64,000 bases of DNA from an uncultured Anaerolineales bacterium (GCA_964582965.1 CAZOUN010000001.1:4745-68744); one strand, 5' to 3'. Positions 33,744 through 43,169 are shown, counted from the first letter of the stretch. Translations and numbers: made by a program. Notes: generated by a model not told the origin, from the letters alone.

Positions 33744-35564
33744 ATGAATAAAAAACACACTTTAGTAGTTGATATGCAGCCGGTGGGACGTCGGATAGAA
33801 ATTGAAAAGGGAAAGACCCTGCTGGACGCATCCCGTGAAGCTGGCGTAGGTATTGTATCCCTTTGTGGAGGAGAAGGCTGGTGTAATAGCTGTTTGGTGA
33901 GAATTGCCAGTGGTGAGGTTAATCCACCCACTCAATCAGAAATCGATTCATTAGGTCCGGATAAAATTGATGAAGGATACCGATTAGCATGTCAGGCAAT
34001 ACCGCTCTCAGATGTACGGATCGATATACCGCCGGATTCTCTCTCAACCCCGCAGCGGTTACAGGTCGAAGGCAAGGATTTTGATATTGATATTGCTCCA
34101 ATAGTTAAAGTGGTTGATCTGGAACTGGCACCCCCGGAGATTAAGGATTTACGGGCAGATGCAGGCAGGGTCATAGAAGCTTTGGCTGCTGCGGGACATC
34201 CTGATGTTCACATTGATTTACCCATCCTGGAAATTTTATCCGATCTGATCAGAAAATATAAATGGTCTGCCCGTTTTGTCTTGCGGGAAAACGAAATCAT
34301 TGCAGTTCTTCCTCGGGAAGCGGAGATTTTTGGAATTTCTGTTGATATTGGGACCACGAAGGTAGCTGTGTACCTGGTTAATCTGTCCACCGGACAGATC
34401 GTGGAAAAAGTCGGTGAAATGAACCCCCAGATCGCTTATGGAGAGGACATTATCAGCCGTATATCCTATACTCGGGATAATGAGGACGGCAGGGAAAAAC
34501 TTCAAAAAGCAGTCGCGAATACATTAAACGATAAGATCCACGAGCTGTGCAAGCTGGCTGATATTCAGCAAGACCAGGTTGTGGATTCGGTCATCGTTGG
34601 CAATACAGCCATGCACCATTTATTCGCTGGAATGCCGGTCGGACAGCTGGTATTTGCCCCCTATGTTCCTGCTTTGAATCAATCGATCGATCTGCGCGCT
34701 AGAGAGCTGGGGGTCAATATGGCCCCGGGAGCATACATCCATTTACTGCCCAACATTGCTGGTTATGTTGGCGCCGATCATGCTGCAGTGATCCTGTCCA
34801 CAGAATTGTGGAAGACAAAAGAAACTATACTGGCTATCGATATTGGTACAAATACAGAGATCTCCCTGGTTTCAAAAGGGAAAATATCCAGTTGTTCCTG
34901 TGCCTCTGGCCCCGCTTTTGAAGGTGCTCACATCACTCATGGTATGCGGGCAGCACCAGGAGCTATTGAACGTGTTCAGATCAAGGACGGGGAAATTAAA
35001 TTATTTACCATAGACAATCAGCCGCCAGTGGGGATCTGTGGTTCCGGTATTTTGGATGTTGTGGCGGAAATGAAAACAGCAAACTTGATGGATGAAAAAG
35101 GAGCAATTAAGGCTGACAGCCACTTTACTCGTCCAGACGTAAAAAATTTGAATGAACTGTTGTTGGTGCCGGAGAAAGAATCTGGCAATCAGAAGGACAT
35201 CACGATTTCCCGGAAGGATGTGAATGAGATCCAATTGGCAAAAGCCGCTATCCGGGCTGGCCTGGATATTTTACTAGCCGAAGCCGGGATTGGGGCAGAA
35301 GATGTGGACAAGGTTCTGGTAGCTGGCGCTTTTGGGACATATATCAGCGTCCCCAATGCCATTGAAATTGGCATGTTCCCCAAAATCCCACTGGGCTATT
35401 TCCAACAGGTAGGCAATGCGGCTGGTATGGGTGCTGTACAGGCTTTGATCTCGATGAAACACAGGCATTTGATCTCTGAAGTATGTAAAGATGTGGACTA
35501 TATCGAGTTAACCACCTATGGTGATTTTCAGAAACTGTATATGAATGCTATGTATTTGCGTTAG
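33744..35564 (+). CDS. RACo-type reductive activase of corrinoid proteins (2Fe-2S ferredoxin domain + ASKHA/DUF4445 ATPase)
   Basis: ATG 33744 lies 4 nt after the upstream stop; the ORF-track start at 33687 overlaps the upstream gene. N-terminal LCGGEGWCNSCLV...ACQ ferredoxin motif, then VDIGTTKV, GNTAMHHLF, AIDIGTNTE. Confidence 0.85.
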   Translation: MNKKHTLVVDMQPVGRRIEIEKGKTLLDASREAGVGIVSLCGGEGWCNSCLVRIASGEVNPPTQSEIDSLGPDKIDEGYRLACQAIPLSDVRIDIPPDSLSTPQRLQVEGKDFDIDIAPIVKVVDLELAPPEIKDLRADAGRVIEALAAAGHPDVHIDLPILEILSDLIRKYKWSARFVLRENEIIAVLPREAEIFGISVDIGTTKVAVYLVNLSTGQIVEKVGEMNPQIAYGEDIISRISYTRDNEDGREKLQKAVANTLNDKIHELCKLADIQQDQVVDSVIVGNTAMHHLFAGMPVGQLVFAPYVPALNQSIDLRARELGVNMAPGAYIHLLPNIAGYVGADHAAVILSTELWKTKETILAIDIGTNTEISLVSKGKISSCSCASGPAFEGAHITHGMRAAPGAIERVQIKDGEIKLFTIDNQPPVGICGSGILDVVAEMKTANLMDEKGAIKADSHFTRPDVKNLNELLLVPEKESGNQKDITISRKDVNEIQLAKAAIRAGLDILLAEAGIGAEDVDKVLVAGAFGTYISVPNAIEIGMFPKIPLGYFQQVGNAAGMGAVQALISMKHRHLISEVCKDVDYIELTTYGDFQKLYMNAMYLR

Positions 35565-35591
35565 TTTTGGTATTGCTATTTCAGAGACTGG

Positions 35592-35975
35592 ATGATGGAA
35601 AAAAATTTCTTGGCTGTAAATGGCTCATTGATGCGCGGTTTGGCTCTAAACCAAAATCTGGTGGACGCCCGGGCTCAATTTGTGCAGGAGTCTAAAACAA
35701 GCGCGAATTACCGTCTGTGGTCTATCGATGACTCTTACCCAGCAATGCTGCGAGATGAAGGCGAAGGAACCGAAATCGACCTCGAGATCTGGGAAATACC
35801 CCTTGAAGGGCTTCTTGATGTGCTTAAAAAGGAACCTCCCGGATTATGCATGGGTAAGATTGAAATCCAGGATGGTGAATGGGTTTTTGGGATTCTTGGA
35901 GAATCCTATCTGTGTCATGGCAATAAAGAGATTTCCTCGTGGGGTGGTTGGAAGAAGTATCTGAACAAAAAATAG
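35592..35975 (+). CDS. GGCT-fold protein resembling the stand-alone C-terminal domain of allophanate hydrolase
   Basis: 127 aa. LAVNGSLMRGLALNQNL...YRLWSI..YPAML....IDLEIWEIP...PPGLCMGKIEIQDGEWVFGILGE follows the pattern I recall for the allophanate-hydrolase C-terminal / gamma-glutamylcyclotransferase-like fold. Confidence 0.5.
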   Translation: MMEKNFLAVNGSLMRGLALNQNLVDARAQFVQESKTSANYRLWSIDDSYPAMLRDEGEGTEIDLEIWEIPLEGLLDVLKKEPPGLCMGKIEIQDGEWVFGILGESYLCHGNKEISSWGGWKKYLNKK

Positions 35976-36029
35976 GGATCGGCGAGTCCCTGAGTATTGA
36001 TAAACAACCGCTAACCTGGGTTAACAAAA

Positions 36030-36058
36030 AAAGGCTGCAAAATCAATTTGCAGCCTTT
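36030..36058. terminator. Bidirectional intrinsic terminator at the junction of the two convergent arms
   Basis: AAAGGCTGCAAA (36030-36041) / TTTGCAGCCTTT (36047-36058) form a perfect 12-bp stem with a 5-nt loop. An A-run lies upstream and a T-rich run downstream (GAATTTT). Confidence 0.75.
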
Positions 36059-36077
36059 GAATTTTAAGATCCAAGCG

Positions 36078-36734
36078 TCACTTCTTCATCAGGGTTTTAC
36101 AAAGTTCTACTGCACCAGCTGCATCCGCCGAATATCCATCACTGCCAACTTCTTTGGACCATTCTTCAGAAACGGCACCACCGCCAACCACAATAAAGTA
36201 TTCCTCGCGTTTGCGGACCTCAGAGAACAGATTAATGGTTCTTTTCTGAGCTGGCAGCGTGGTTGTCATTAAGGCAGAAAGCGCGACAATGTCAGCGTTT
36301 TCCTTTTCTGCTGCATCTAGGAACGCGCTGGCTCGAACATCACGGCCCAGATCGACCACTGTAAACCCATGAGATTTTAAGAGCATGCCGACTATGTTGC
36401 GTCCAATATCGTGCATATCTCCTTCAACCTGTCCCAGGATAATAGTCCCCTTGCTGAGAGAAGGCTGGCCCGCATCCAGGGTTGCTTTTTCGACGATTGC
36501 AGTGATTGCTTCGGCTGCTTCTCCAGCCATCATTAATTCTGGCAAGAATATCTCGAATTCCTGGAAACGCCGGCCAATCTCGGTTAATGTGGGAACTAAT
36601 ATTTCTTCAATGATTGCCAGTGGTTCCATGCCACCTTCAAGTGCTGCTTCGGTCAGGGCTTTTGCCTCATCGCTCAGCCCATTTTTTAGTGCATCACCAA
36701 GATCAGAGATCACTTTTTCGTTTTTGTTTGCCAT
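36078..36734 (-). CDS. Corrinoid methyl-carrier protein 3
   Basis: 218 aa with GDMHDIGRN (DxHxxG), LSALMTTT, VVGGGAV. Confidence 0.88.
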   Translation of the reverse strand: MANKNEKVISDLGDALKNGLSDEAKALTEAALEGGMEPLAIIEEILVPTLTEIGRRFQEFEIFLPELMMAGEAAEAITAIVEKATLDAGQPSLSKGTIILGQVEGDMHDIGRNIVGMLLKSHGFTVVDLGRDVRASAFLDAAEKENADIVALSALMTTTLPAQKRTINLFSEVRKREEYFIVVGGGAVSEEWSKEVGSDGYSADAAGAVELCKTLMKK

Positions 36735-36773
36735 ACTGCCTCCAGGGTTCTATTATATGCTGGTTCCTGATTA

Positions 36774-38150
36774 TTAATCGAAGGATAAGCCCCATTTTGC
36801 GACTTCGTTCTTTACATCGTCATACATGCCCTGCCATTCCGCGGTGGGCTGGATGGTTTTTAGATCGTAAACATCTTTAAAGTGCTTCCCATATGGTTTC
36901 TGAGTAAGATCGTTCTCATATTTTTTATAAGCTTTTTGAACGATCTCTTCGGCCTGACTTCGTGAAATTTTACTAGCTGCGGACAATAACTCGCCAGTAA
37001 ATCTAGCTTCTAATCCACTGAAGTGCCCGGTGATCGAACCCGTCGCGGATCGTGGGCCCAGGATGCGGCTGCCGCCAGATACGGTCATCATCACGGTGAG
37101 GGCTACACATTCATATAATAGCGTTTTCGTGCCAGGGCCGCCAACAGGCGTATTGGTCAAATTAGTCATCAAATGCGAATTCCTGGCGAGGGCCTGGAAT
37201 GACAATCCTGAGGAAATTAATAGTTCCTTTCCTGTATCGTTGAAATTAAAGGGGTGGGTCGGTGAGGTGCCTACACATGTGGCCATGAAGAACACATTTA
37301 GGGCAATCATAGCTGCTGTGATTAGGACAGCCTGTCCATCCATACCTCCACCCAATCCGCCATATATAGGGTTGGCATAGGGGTCGACTACACCATCCCG
37401 CATCAAGATATGGGTGAGTTTGTTTAGAATTTCAAAATTGGTTTTGAGCTCAGAAATAATTCCAAAAGTATGTAGGTCAGTTTGACGCAACCCACCAGGT
37501 CCATCTGCGGATAATTGCCCTATATCGCTAATGCTGGAGCCTACCCCTGTGAAAGCCATTCCTGGCCTTCCAGCTCTGCGCATGGATTCCAGAGTTAATT
37601 CAACTTCACGCCAGGAGGAGAGAATTTCCAATGGAGAGCGAGTTCTGATATCGTACCCGTAAATATTGGTCAGGGTGGGCGCCATGGTGACATCCACTTC
37701 GGGTTCCTGGATGTAGCTGATCATGGAAGGTACAAAAAATTCATCCTCGATCGGCGTCCCAATGGAGGACCCCATCAATAATGGCCGCCTGGAATCTTCT
37801 ACGTTCCGGGCATATTCCTCTACAGCGTCTGTTCCCGCTCCAACTCTGACCCGATCGGGAGCATATTTAAGAATATCTTTGATTTCTTGAACACTGAATT
37901 TGATGACGCGATTTGTGGTCTGACAATAAACGCCGCATTCTGCCAGAAAATCAACTGCAGCTTCCCAGACTCTGTCAGCCAGGGCATCATCCTGATTGAT
38001 GATCTGGTCCTGATTTATCTGAATATCATATTTCTTCACAACCCGGGAAAGGCCCTGGGTCACGTGTTGATCATTAAAGTCCTCTTCTTCCATTAATGGC
38101 CCTGAGAGGCTTCTTTCAATAATATCCAGCAACCTTGTTGTATGTCTCAT
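36774..38150 (-). CDS. MtmB-family methyltransferase, non-pyrrolysine (paralog 9, class-B-related singleton)
   Basis: 458 aa with NQDDALADRVWEAA, GAGTDAV, GRPGMAFTG (Thr at the Pyl-aligned site), IYGGLGGGMDG, SPTHPFNF, C-terminal FKDVYDLKTIQPTAEWQGMYDDV..WGLSFD. Flanked on both sides by corrinoid protein genes. Confidence 0.88.
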   Translation of the reverse strand: MRHTTRLLDIIERSLSGPLMEEEDFNDQHVTQGLSRVVKKYDIQINQDQIINQDDALADRVWEAAVDFLAECGVYCQTTNRVIKFSVQEIKDILKYAPDRVRVGAGTDAVEEYARNVEDSRRPLLMGSSIGTPIEDEFFVPSMISYIQEPEVDVTMAPTLTNIYGYDIRTRSPLEILSSWREVELTLESMRRAGRPGMAFTGVGSSISDIGQLSADGPGGLRQTDLHTFGIISELKTNFEILNKLTHILMRDGVVDPYANPIYGGLGGGMDGQAVLITAAMIALNVFFMATCVGTSPTHPFNFNDTGKELLISSGLSFQALARNSHLMTNLTNTPVGGPGTKTLLYECVALTVMMTVSGGSRILGPRSATGSITGHFSGLEARFTGELLSAASKISRSQAEEIVQKAYKKYENDLTQKPYGKHFKDVYDLKTIQPTAEWQGMYDDVKNEVAKWGLSFD

Positions 38151-38166
38151 TTATTCTCTCCCATAA

Positions 38167-38799
38167 TTAATTACTCAATAGTTCTTTAACGAGAGCAACT
38201 GCATCAATAGCATTATCTCCGTATCCGTCTGCCCCATGTTCGTCTGCCCATTCGTTACTGACCGGTCCACCGCCCACAATGACCTTGGTGGAAGGGCTGG
38301 ATTCCATAAACTCAATCACATCCTGAACAAAAGGTAAAGACGGGAGCATCAATGCCGAGAGAGCAATAATGTCAGCATCAAATTCCTTGGCTTGCTTGAC
38401 GATCGTTTGAGTGGATGCATCCACGCCCAGGTCATGGACTTCGAAGCCATTAACCTCCAACATTGCTTTGACAATATTCTTGCCGATATCGTGGAGGTCT
38501 CCTGATACAGTGGCGATGATAATTTTTCCTTTGGATTTAGTGGTTTGATCTGCTGTTAGATGGGGTTGGATTGCTTTATGGATGGCTTTTACGACTTTTG
38601 AAGCATTAACCATTTCTGGAAGGAATATTTCCAGACGGCTGAATTTTTGACCAATATCATCCAGTAGGGGCTCGATGGATTCGGAAAAGAGCAGCAGGGG
38701 ATCTATTCCTCTTGTGATCAGGCGGACAGCTTCTGCTGTTCCAGCTTCTGTATCGCCAGACAGGATGGATTTTTCTAAGGATTCATACGGTGATGACAT
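38167..38799 (-). CDS. Corrinoid methyl-carrier protein 4
   Basis: 210 aa with GDLHDIGKN, LSALMLPS, IVGGGPV. Confidence 0.88.
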   Translation of the reverse strand: MSSPYESLEKSILSGDTEAGTAEAVRLITRGIDPLLLFSESIEPLLDDIGQKFSRLEIFLPEMVNASKVVKAIHKAIQPHLTADQTTKSKGKIIIATVSGDLHDIGKNIVKAMLEVNGFEVHDLGVDASTQTIVKQAKEFDADIIALSALMLPSLPFVQDVIEFMESSPSTKVIVGGGPVSNEWADEHGADGYGDNAIDAVALVKELLSN

Positions 38800-38833
38800 A
38801 CGGTGCCTCCGAAATTTGAAAAGAAAGCTTGAA

Positions 38834-39586
38834 TTATCCCCATCTACGGATCATATTGAAATTCATCCAATTTCCTGGATGATATTCTATGGTACTAATG
38901 ATCGGTCGGTCAGCATTGTTATATCCAATTTGATCAATAATTAAAGTGGGTGAGTGAGGTTGATAATCGCTCATTAGGTCCGGAGGGTTGATATTCTCAA
39001 ATAGATCAGCCCGAACCTGGGAAATAAAATAGGAAACTTGTTGATTACAGAAAATTTCAAAAAACTCTTTAAAATCCCTGGTAAAGTCAGGATCCAGCGC
39101 TTGTTTTGAGGAAGAGGTATCTTTGATCAGCCAGAATGGGATGTGATTGATCACAAAAATGATTGGATCGCCATTGGCCGTAAATACCTTGCTGATCTTT
39201 AAAACCTCATCATCCCCACTTAATTGCAGTTCCTTCTGTATCATCTCGTCCGCTTTGATGATTTCGGAAGAGACGTGAATATACCCCGGCTCAAAACCGT
39301 TTTCTTCGATTAGCTTGGAAAATTCTATAAATTCGTTGAGAGGATTGGATATATTGATGTTTTCGCTGACGTAAGTGCCCACGCCGGGTTTTCTATGAAC
39401 GATCTTCCTGTCTTCCAACCGGAAGATTGCCGTCCGAATGGTATCCCGACTAACGCTGAATTCAGAAGCCAACTCATTTTCGGTTGGCAGTTGGCTGCCG
39501 GCAGGGTAGATTTCGTCCGTGATCCTGTTGATCAGAACGCTGAAGACCTGGTTCGCAAGAGAGGTATTTCTAATGGGGGCATCCAT
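38834..39586 (-). CDS. GntR-family transcriptional regulator, HutC/UTRA type (regulator 2)
   Basis: QLPTENELASEFSVSRDTIRTAIFRLEDRKIVHRKPGVGTYV, followed by a UTRA-length effector domain. Confidence 0.8.
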   Translation of the reverse strand: MDAPIRNTSLANQVFSVLINRITDEIYPAGSQLPTENELASEFSVSRDTIRTAIFRLEDRKIVHRKPGVGTYVSENINISNPLNEFIEFSKLIEENGFEPGYIHVSSEIIKADEMIQKELQLSGDDEVLKISKVFTANGDPIIFVINHIPFWLIKDTSSSKQALDPDFTRDFKEFFEIFCNQQVSYFISQVRADLFENINPPDLMSDYQPHSPTLIIDQIGYNNADRPIISTIEYHPGNWMNFNMIRRWG

Positions 39587-39591
39587 TTTTG

Positions 39592-40992
39592 TTAAGCTGT
39601 CTTCTTTACGTCTTTCCAGCGATTGTTGATATCCAAACCGATCTTAACAATTGCATCACTTACTGTGTGGTATTTGTCCAGCCATTCGTTAGTAGGTTCT
39701 AGGATGTCAACATTATAGATCTCAGAGAAAGGCTGGCCAGCCGGCGGATTTTTGTGGGATTCTTCGTATTTGCTCAAGAATTCAAGCACATATCCATTGG
39801 CTTCTTCTCTGGTCATACCCAGGGATGAATGGGATACCTGGGCGGTGAAACGATTTTCCAGGCCGCTGGTATGGTCTTCTGAGCTGCCGCCAGTGGCGCC
39901 AACGCCGCCTTGATGGATTCCGCTCACAGTACAGGCGACAGAGGCTGCAGCAATTTCCCACAGGACTTGTTCGGTTCCTAATCCTGCTTGGGTGTAAATG
40001 GCATTGATTGATTGAATGGGAGTGTTCAGCGCCAACGCCTGCCCTCCGGCAGCATATCCCCAGAGCCCCATTCGATCAGTGTCTGTGCTGTGGAGGAGAT
40101 GCATATGTCCATATACATGATAGGAGGCCTGGTAACACATAACGCCCAATAAATGACAAGCGATAATAATGATTACGGTGCCTACAGGCCCGCCGCCCAA
40201 ACCACCTACCAGGGGTGTCATCAGATCTACAATATGCATGCCCAGTGTATTCATGCGGGCTACGCGCGAAAGCTGGTCGTAATCAGTTTTTAATTCCACC
40301 ATCTGGGAGATCAGTAGCCCGTCGGTGGAACGCATGCCCCACTCCGGGTTATAGGTTGCCATTTTTCCTGCACATGTTAGAGGAGATGCGACATCATTGA
40401 TGTGCATTTCTGGCCTGCCAGCTTTTCTGGTCGCTTCCCGAGCAACCGCTGCATCGCGCTGGACAGCAAGAATTTCTAACGGAGTACCGGGAATGATCAT
40501 TTCACCCTGGTAAGTAGATACTGAGCCGGCTCCGAGGCAATCGACCAGGGGTTCCTGGGCGCAGCTCTCCAGGATGAAGGGGTGGTATTTCTCGCTGCAA
40601 GGAGTTCCTGTGGGACCGCTGTGGATCACACAGGGGATATCGCTTTCTACACCCCGGTGTTGCATAACCACCGCATCTTTTCCTGCACCGACTGTAAAAC
40701 TTCTGGGGACCAGCGCCACGGCTTCTTCAACTTCATCCCTTGAAAACATGATCCTGCGCTGGGTGCTCATGTTATAGACACCCATTTCAAGGAATAGATC
40801 CAATCCTGCTTGATAGAGACGATTGGCGAGATCATCATCGGCAGGTACCAAAACCTGCGGGTCATAAACCAGACCATATTCCTTGATCAGTTCTGGAATC
40901 CGCTTGGTGATCTTCATATCAAAATCTGATTCTTTGATATAAGGACCTGCTTCTGAACGTTTGACAATCTCGGGCAGCCAATTATGTTTCAC
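39592..40992 (-). CDS. MtmB-family methyltransferase, non-pyrrolysine, divergent class C (paralog 10)
   Basis: GTG start at 40992 after AAGGAG. Motifs VPADDDLANRLYQAG, GAGKDAV, GRPEMHIND (Asn at the Pyl-aligned site), LVGGLGGGP in place of GGYxGG, C-terminal FSEIYNVDILEPTNEWLDKYHTV..IGLDI. Confidence 0.82.
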   Translation of the reverse strand: MKHNWLPEIVKRSEAGPYIKESDFDMKITKRIPELIKEYGLVYDPQVLVPADDDLANRLYQAGLDLFLEMGVYNMSTQRRIMFSRDEVEEAVALVPRSFTVGAGKDAVVMQHRGVESDIPCVIHSGPTGTPCSEKYHPFILESCAQEPLVDCLGAGSVSTYQGEMIIPGTPLEILAVQRDAAVAREATRKAGRPEMHINDVASPLTCAGKMATYNPEWGMRSTDGLLISQMVELKTDYDQLSRVARMNTLGMHIVDLMTPLVGGLGGGPVGTVIIIIACHLLGVMCYQASYHVYGHMHLLHSTDTDRMGLWGYAAGGQALALNTPIQSINAIYTQAGLGTEQVLWEIAAASVACTVSGIHQGGVGATGGSSEDHTSGLENRFTAQVSHSSLGMTREEANGYVLEFLSKYEESHKNPPAGQPFSEIYNVDILEPTNEWLDKYHTVSDAIVKIGLDINNRWKDVKKTA

Positions 40993-41137
40993 TAAGTTCT
41001 CCTTTTATAAGGATAAAAGATATTGCAGCTAAGTTTTATAATTAACAAAATGCTCAGTTCTTATTTATTCTTACATCAATTACGATTCCCCTCATTTTGG
41101 GATGACAACCTACAAAGCATATCTATTTACAGAATAA

Positions 41138-42088
41138 TCAGCGTTCTTCTTTGGAAAATGATTGTCCAAGAGATGTGGGTTGTGAAAGCCTTTGCCCCGC
41201 GGTTAATAAAGCTAAGATCGTTATTATGTAGGGCAACATTAGGAATATTTCATAAGGTATTATTTCAGATCCAAATGCTTGAAGGCGGAATTGAATTGAG
41301 TCAGCTGTACCAAAGATAACTGCGCCAATTATCGCTAATCCTGGATTCCATCGAGAGAAAATAACTAGGGCCAGGGCTACCCATCCCCGACCCGCGATAA
41401 CTCCTTCAATATAAAGGCCTAACTGACCAGTTGTCAGGAATCCTCCCCCTAAACCAACTAATGCTGAGCCTAGAATTACCGCCTCATATCGAATTAATGA
41501 AACATTAGTACCGGCACTTTGTAATGCGCTAGGTACTTCTCCACTCGCTCGTAGTTTTAAACCCCAGGTTGTGTGATTGATCGTGAACCACAAGATTAAT
41601 GCTATAGGGAGTATTAGATAGACAAACATACTTTGAGAGAAGAATATTTCACCAATATATGGAATATCACTGAGGTATGGAATTGGCATAGCGGGAAGCG
41701 GATCGATGCGCGGAGGACTACCAGAAAGACCAAAAATTTGGCGATATAAAAAATTACCTAAACTACTTCCTAATAGAACCAGCACGAGGCCGGCCAGAAA
41801 CTGGTCTATTTTTAAAGATATACTCAAGTATGACATTAGTAGGCCCATGACGCAACCTGTGATTGCTGAAGCGAGCAGACCCCACCAGGTGTTGCCTGTT
41901 ACAAAAGCAATGGCAAATCCAGCAAAAGCACCAATTGTCATTATCCCCTCTAGTCCTAAATTTGAGACTCCAGATAATTCTGTAATAATTTCTCCCAATG
42001 TGGCGAGTAATACTGGCATGGCCAATCGAATAGCCGCTGCAAATAAAGAAACTATAAAAGCTTCACGTAAGAGAAGATCCCAAGGCAT
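41138..42088 (-). CDS. ABC transporter permease, transporter 2
   Basis: 316 aa polytopic. Paralogous layout to 23872-24798. Confidence 0.85.
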   Translation of the reverse strand: MPWDLLLREAFIVSLFAAAIRLAMPVLLATLGEIITELSGVSNLGLEGIMTIGAFAGFAIAFVTGNTWWGLLASAITGCVMGLLMSYLSISLKIDQFLAGLVLVLLGSSLGNFLYRQIFGLSGSPPRIDPLPAMPIPYLSDIPYIGEIFFSQSMFVYLILPIALILWFTINHTTWGLKLRASGEVPSALQSAGTNVSLIRYEAVILGSALVGLGGGFLTTGQLGLYIEGVIAGRGWVALALVIFSRWNPGLAIIGAVIFGTADSIQFRLQAFGSEIIPYEIFLMLPYIITILALLTAGQRLSQPTSLGQSFSKEER

Positions 42089-42089
42089 A

Positions 42090-43127
42090 TTAATCCTTTT
42101 TTCTCATAATGGCACTGCCGATTAAAAAGAACATTACAATAGTAGCCTGAATGAAATGTACTAACGCTTGTTCCAGGCCGACAGCGCGATGCATAAAATC
42201 AGCACCAATAACCAGTGCGGCAAACAGAAATGCTGCAAATAACACACCAAATGGATTTAATTGCCCGAGGATAGCAATCAGAACTGCTGTATATCCATAC
42301 CCAGACGCGAACCCTTGGGCGGCGAAGTAGTATACGCCCATTATCTGAATTGCCCCAGCTAAACCAGCAAATGCACCACTAATCAACATGACTGATACAA
42401 TAGAACGTTCGACTTTAATTCCTGCACCTTCAGCAGCTGAAGCATTTGATCCAACAGCACGGAGCTCATAACCAAAAGCTGTTTTCCAAAGAATAAATTG
42501 CACCAAGAATACACATGCAATAGCGATGAGAAAACCGATATGGATTCGTGAGCCGAATAAATTAGGTAAGCGGGCTGATAAATCCAGTTGAGCTGTTTGG
42601 GGGAGATAATATTCTGGATTTTTTAGGGGAATGCGCACAATATACGCCAGTCCAAAAAGGGCCACAAAATTCATCATAAGACTAACTACAATTTCACTCA
42701 ATCCTAATCTCGCCTTGAGAAGTCCTGGCAACAATGCCCATAATGCTCCACACACAACCCCCATGATTAACATAACGGGGATTATAACGGCGGAAGGAAT
42801 ATAGCCACCCCATTCTAGTCCTATCCAAATTGCACCAAGCCCACCGGCAATATATTGGCCTTCAGCACCAATATTCCAAATCTGACACCGATATGCAATT
42901 ACGAGGCCTAAACCGATAAGTAGTAATGGCGTGGCTAATCGAGCCGTTTCTGATATAGCCCTCATTGTTCCAAAGGCGCCCTCGAGCAACGAGGCGAATG
43001 CTTGAATTGGATTAACCCCCAATAAAAGAATGATGATCCCTGTAATAGGTAAAGATAATGAAGTGATTAAAATAATGAGTACATTGCGGGCGATTGGATT
43101 TTCTCTGCTTTTTTCAATTAATCCCAT
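42090..43127 (-). CDS. ABC transporter permease, transporter 2 (second subunit)
   Basis: 345 aa polytopic. Paralogous layout to 22781-23869. Confidence 0.85.
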   Translation of the reverse strand: MGLIEKSRENPIARNVLIILITSLSLPITGIIILLLGVNPIQAFASLLEGAFGTMRAISETARLATPLLLIGLGLVIAYRCQIWNIGAEGQYIAGGLGAIWIGLEWGGYIPSAVIIPVMLIMGVVCGALWALLPGLLKARLGLSEIVVSLMMNFVALFGLAYIVRIPLKNPEYYLPQTAQLDLSARLPNLFGSRIHIGFLIAIACVFLVQFILWKTAFGYELRAVGSNASAAEGAGIKVERSIVSVMLISGAFAGLAGAIQIMGVYYFAAQGFASGYGYTAVLIAILGQLNPFGVLFAAFLFAALVIGADFMHRAVGLEQALVHFIQATIVMFFLIGSAIMRKKD

Positions 43128-43169
43128 GTGCTTGTACCTCTAGTCGCCGTGGTAGGATAGATTAATATT

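Noticed and set aside
36048-36272. 74-aa plus-strand ORF
   Set aside because: It starts inside the bidirectional terminator and runs antisense to corrinoid protein 3.
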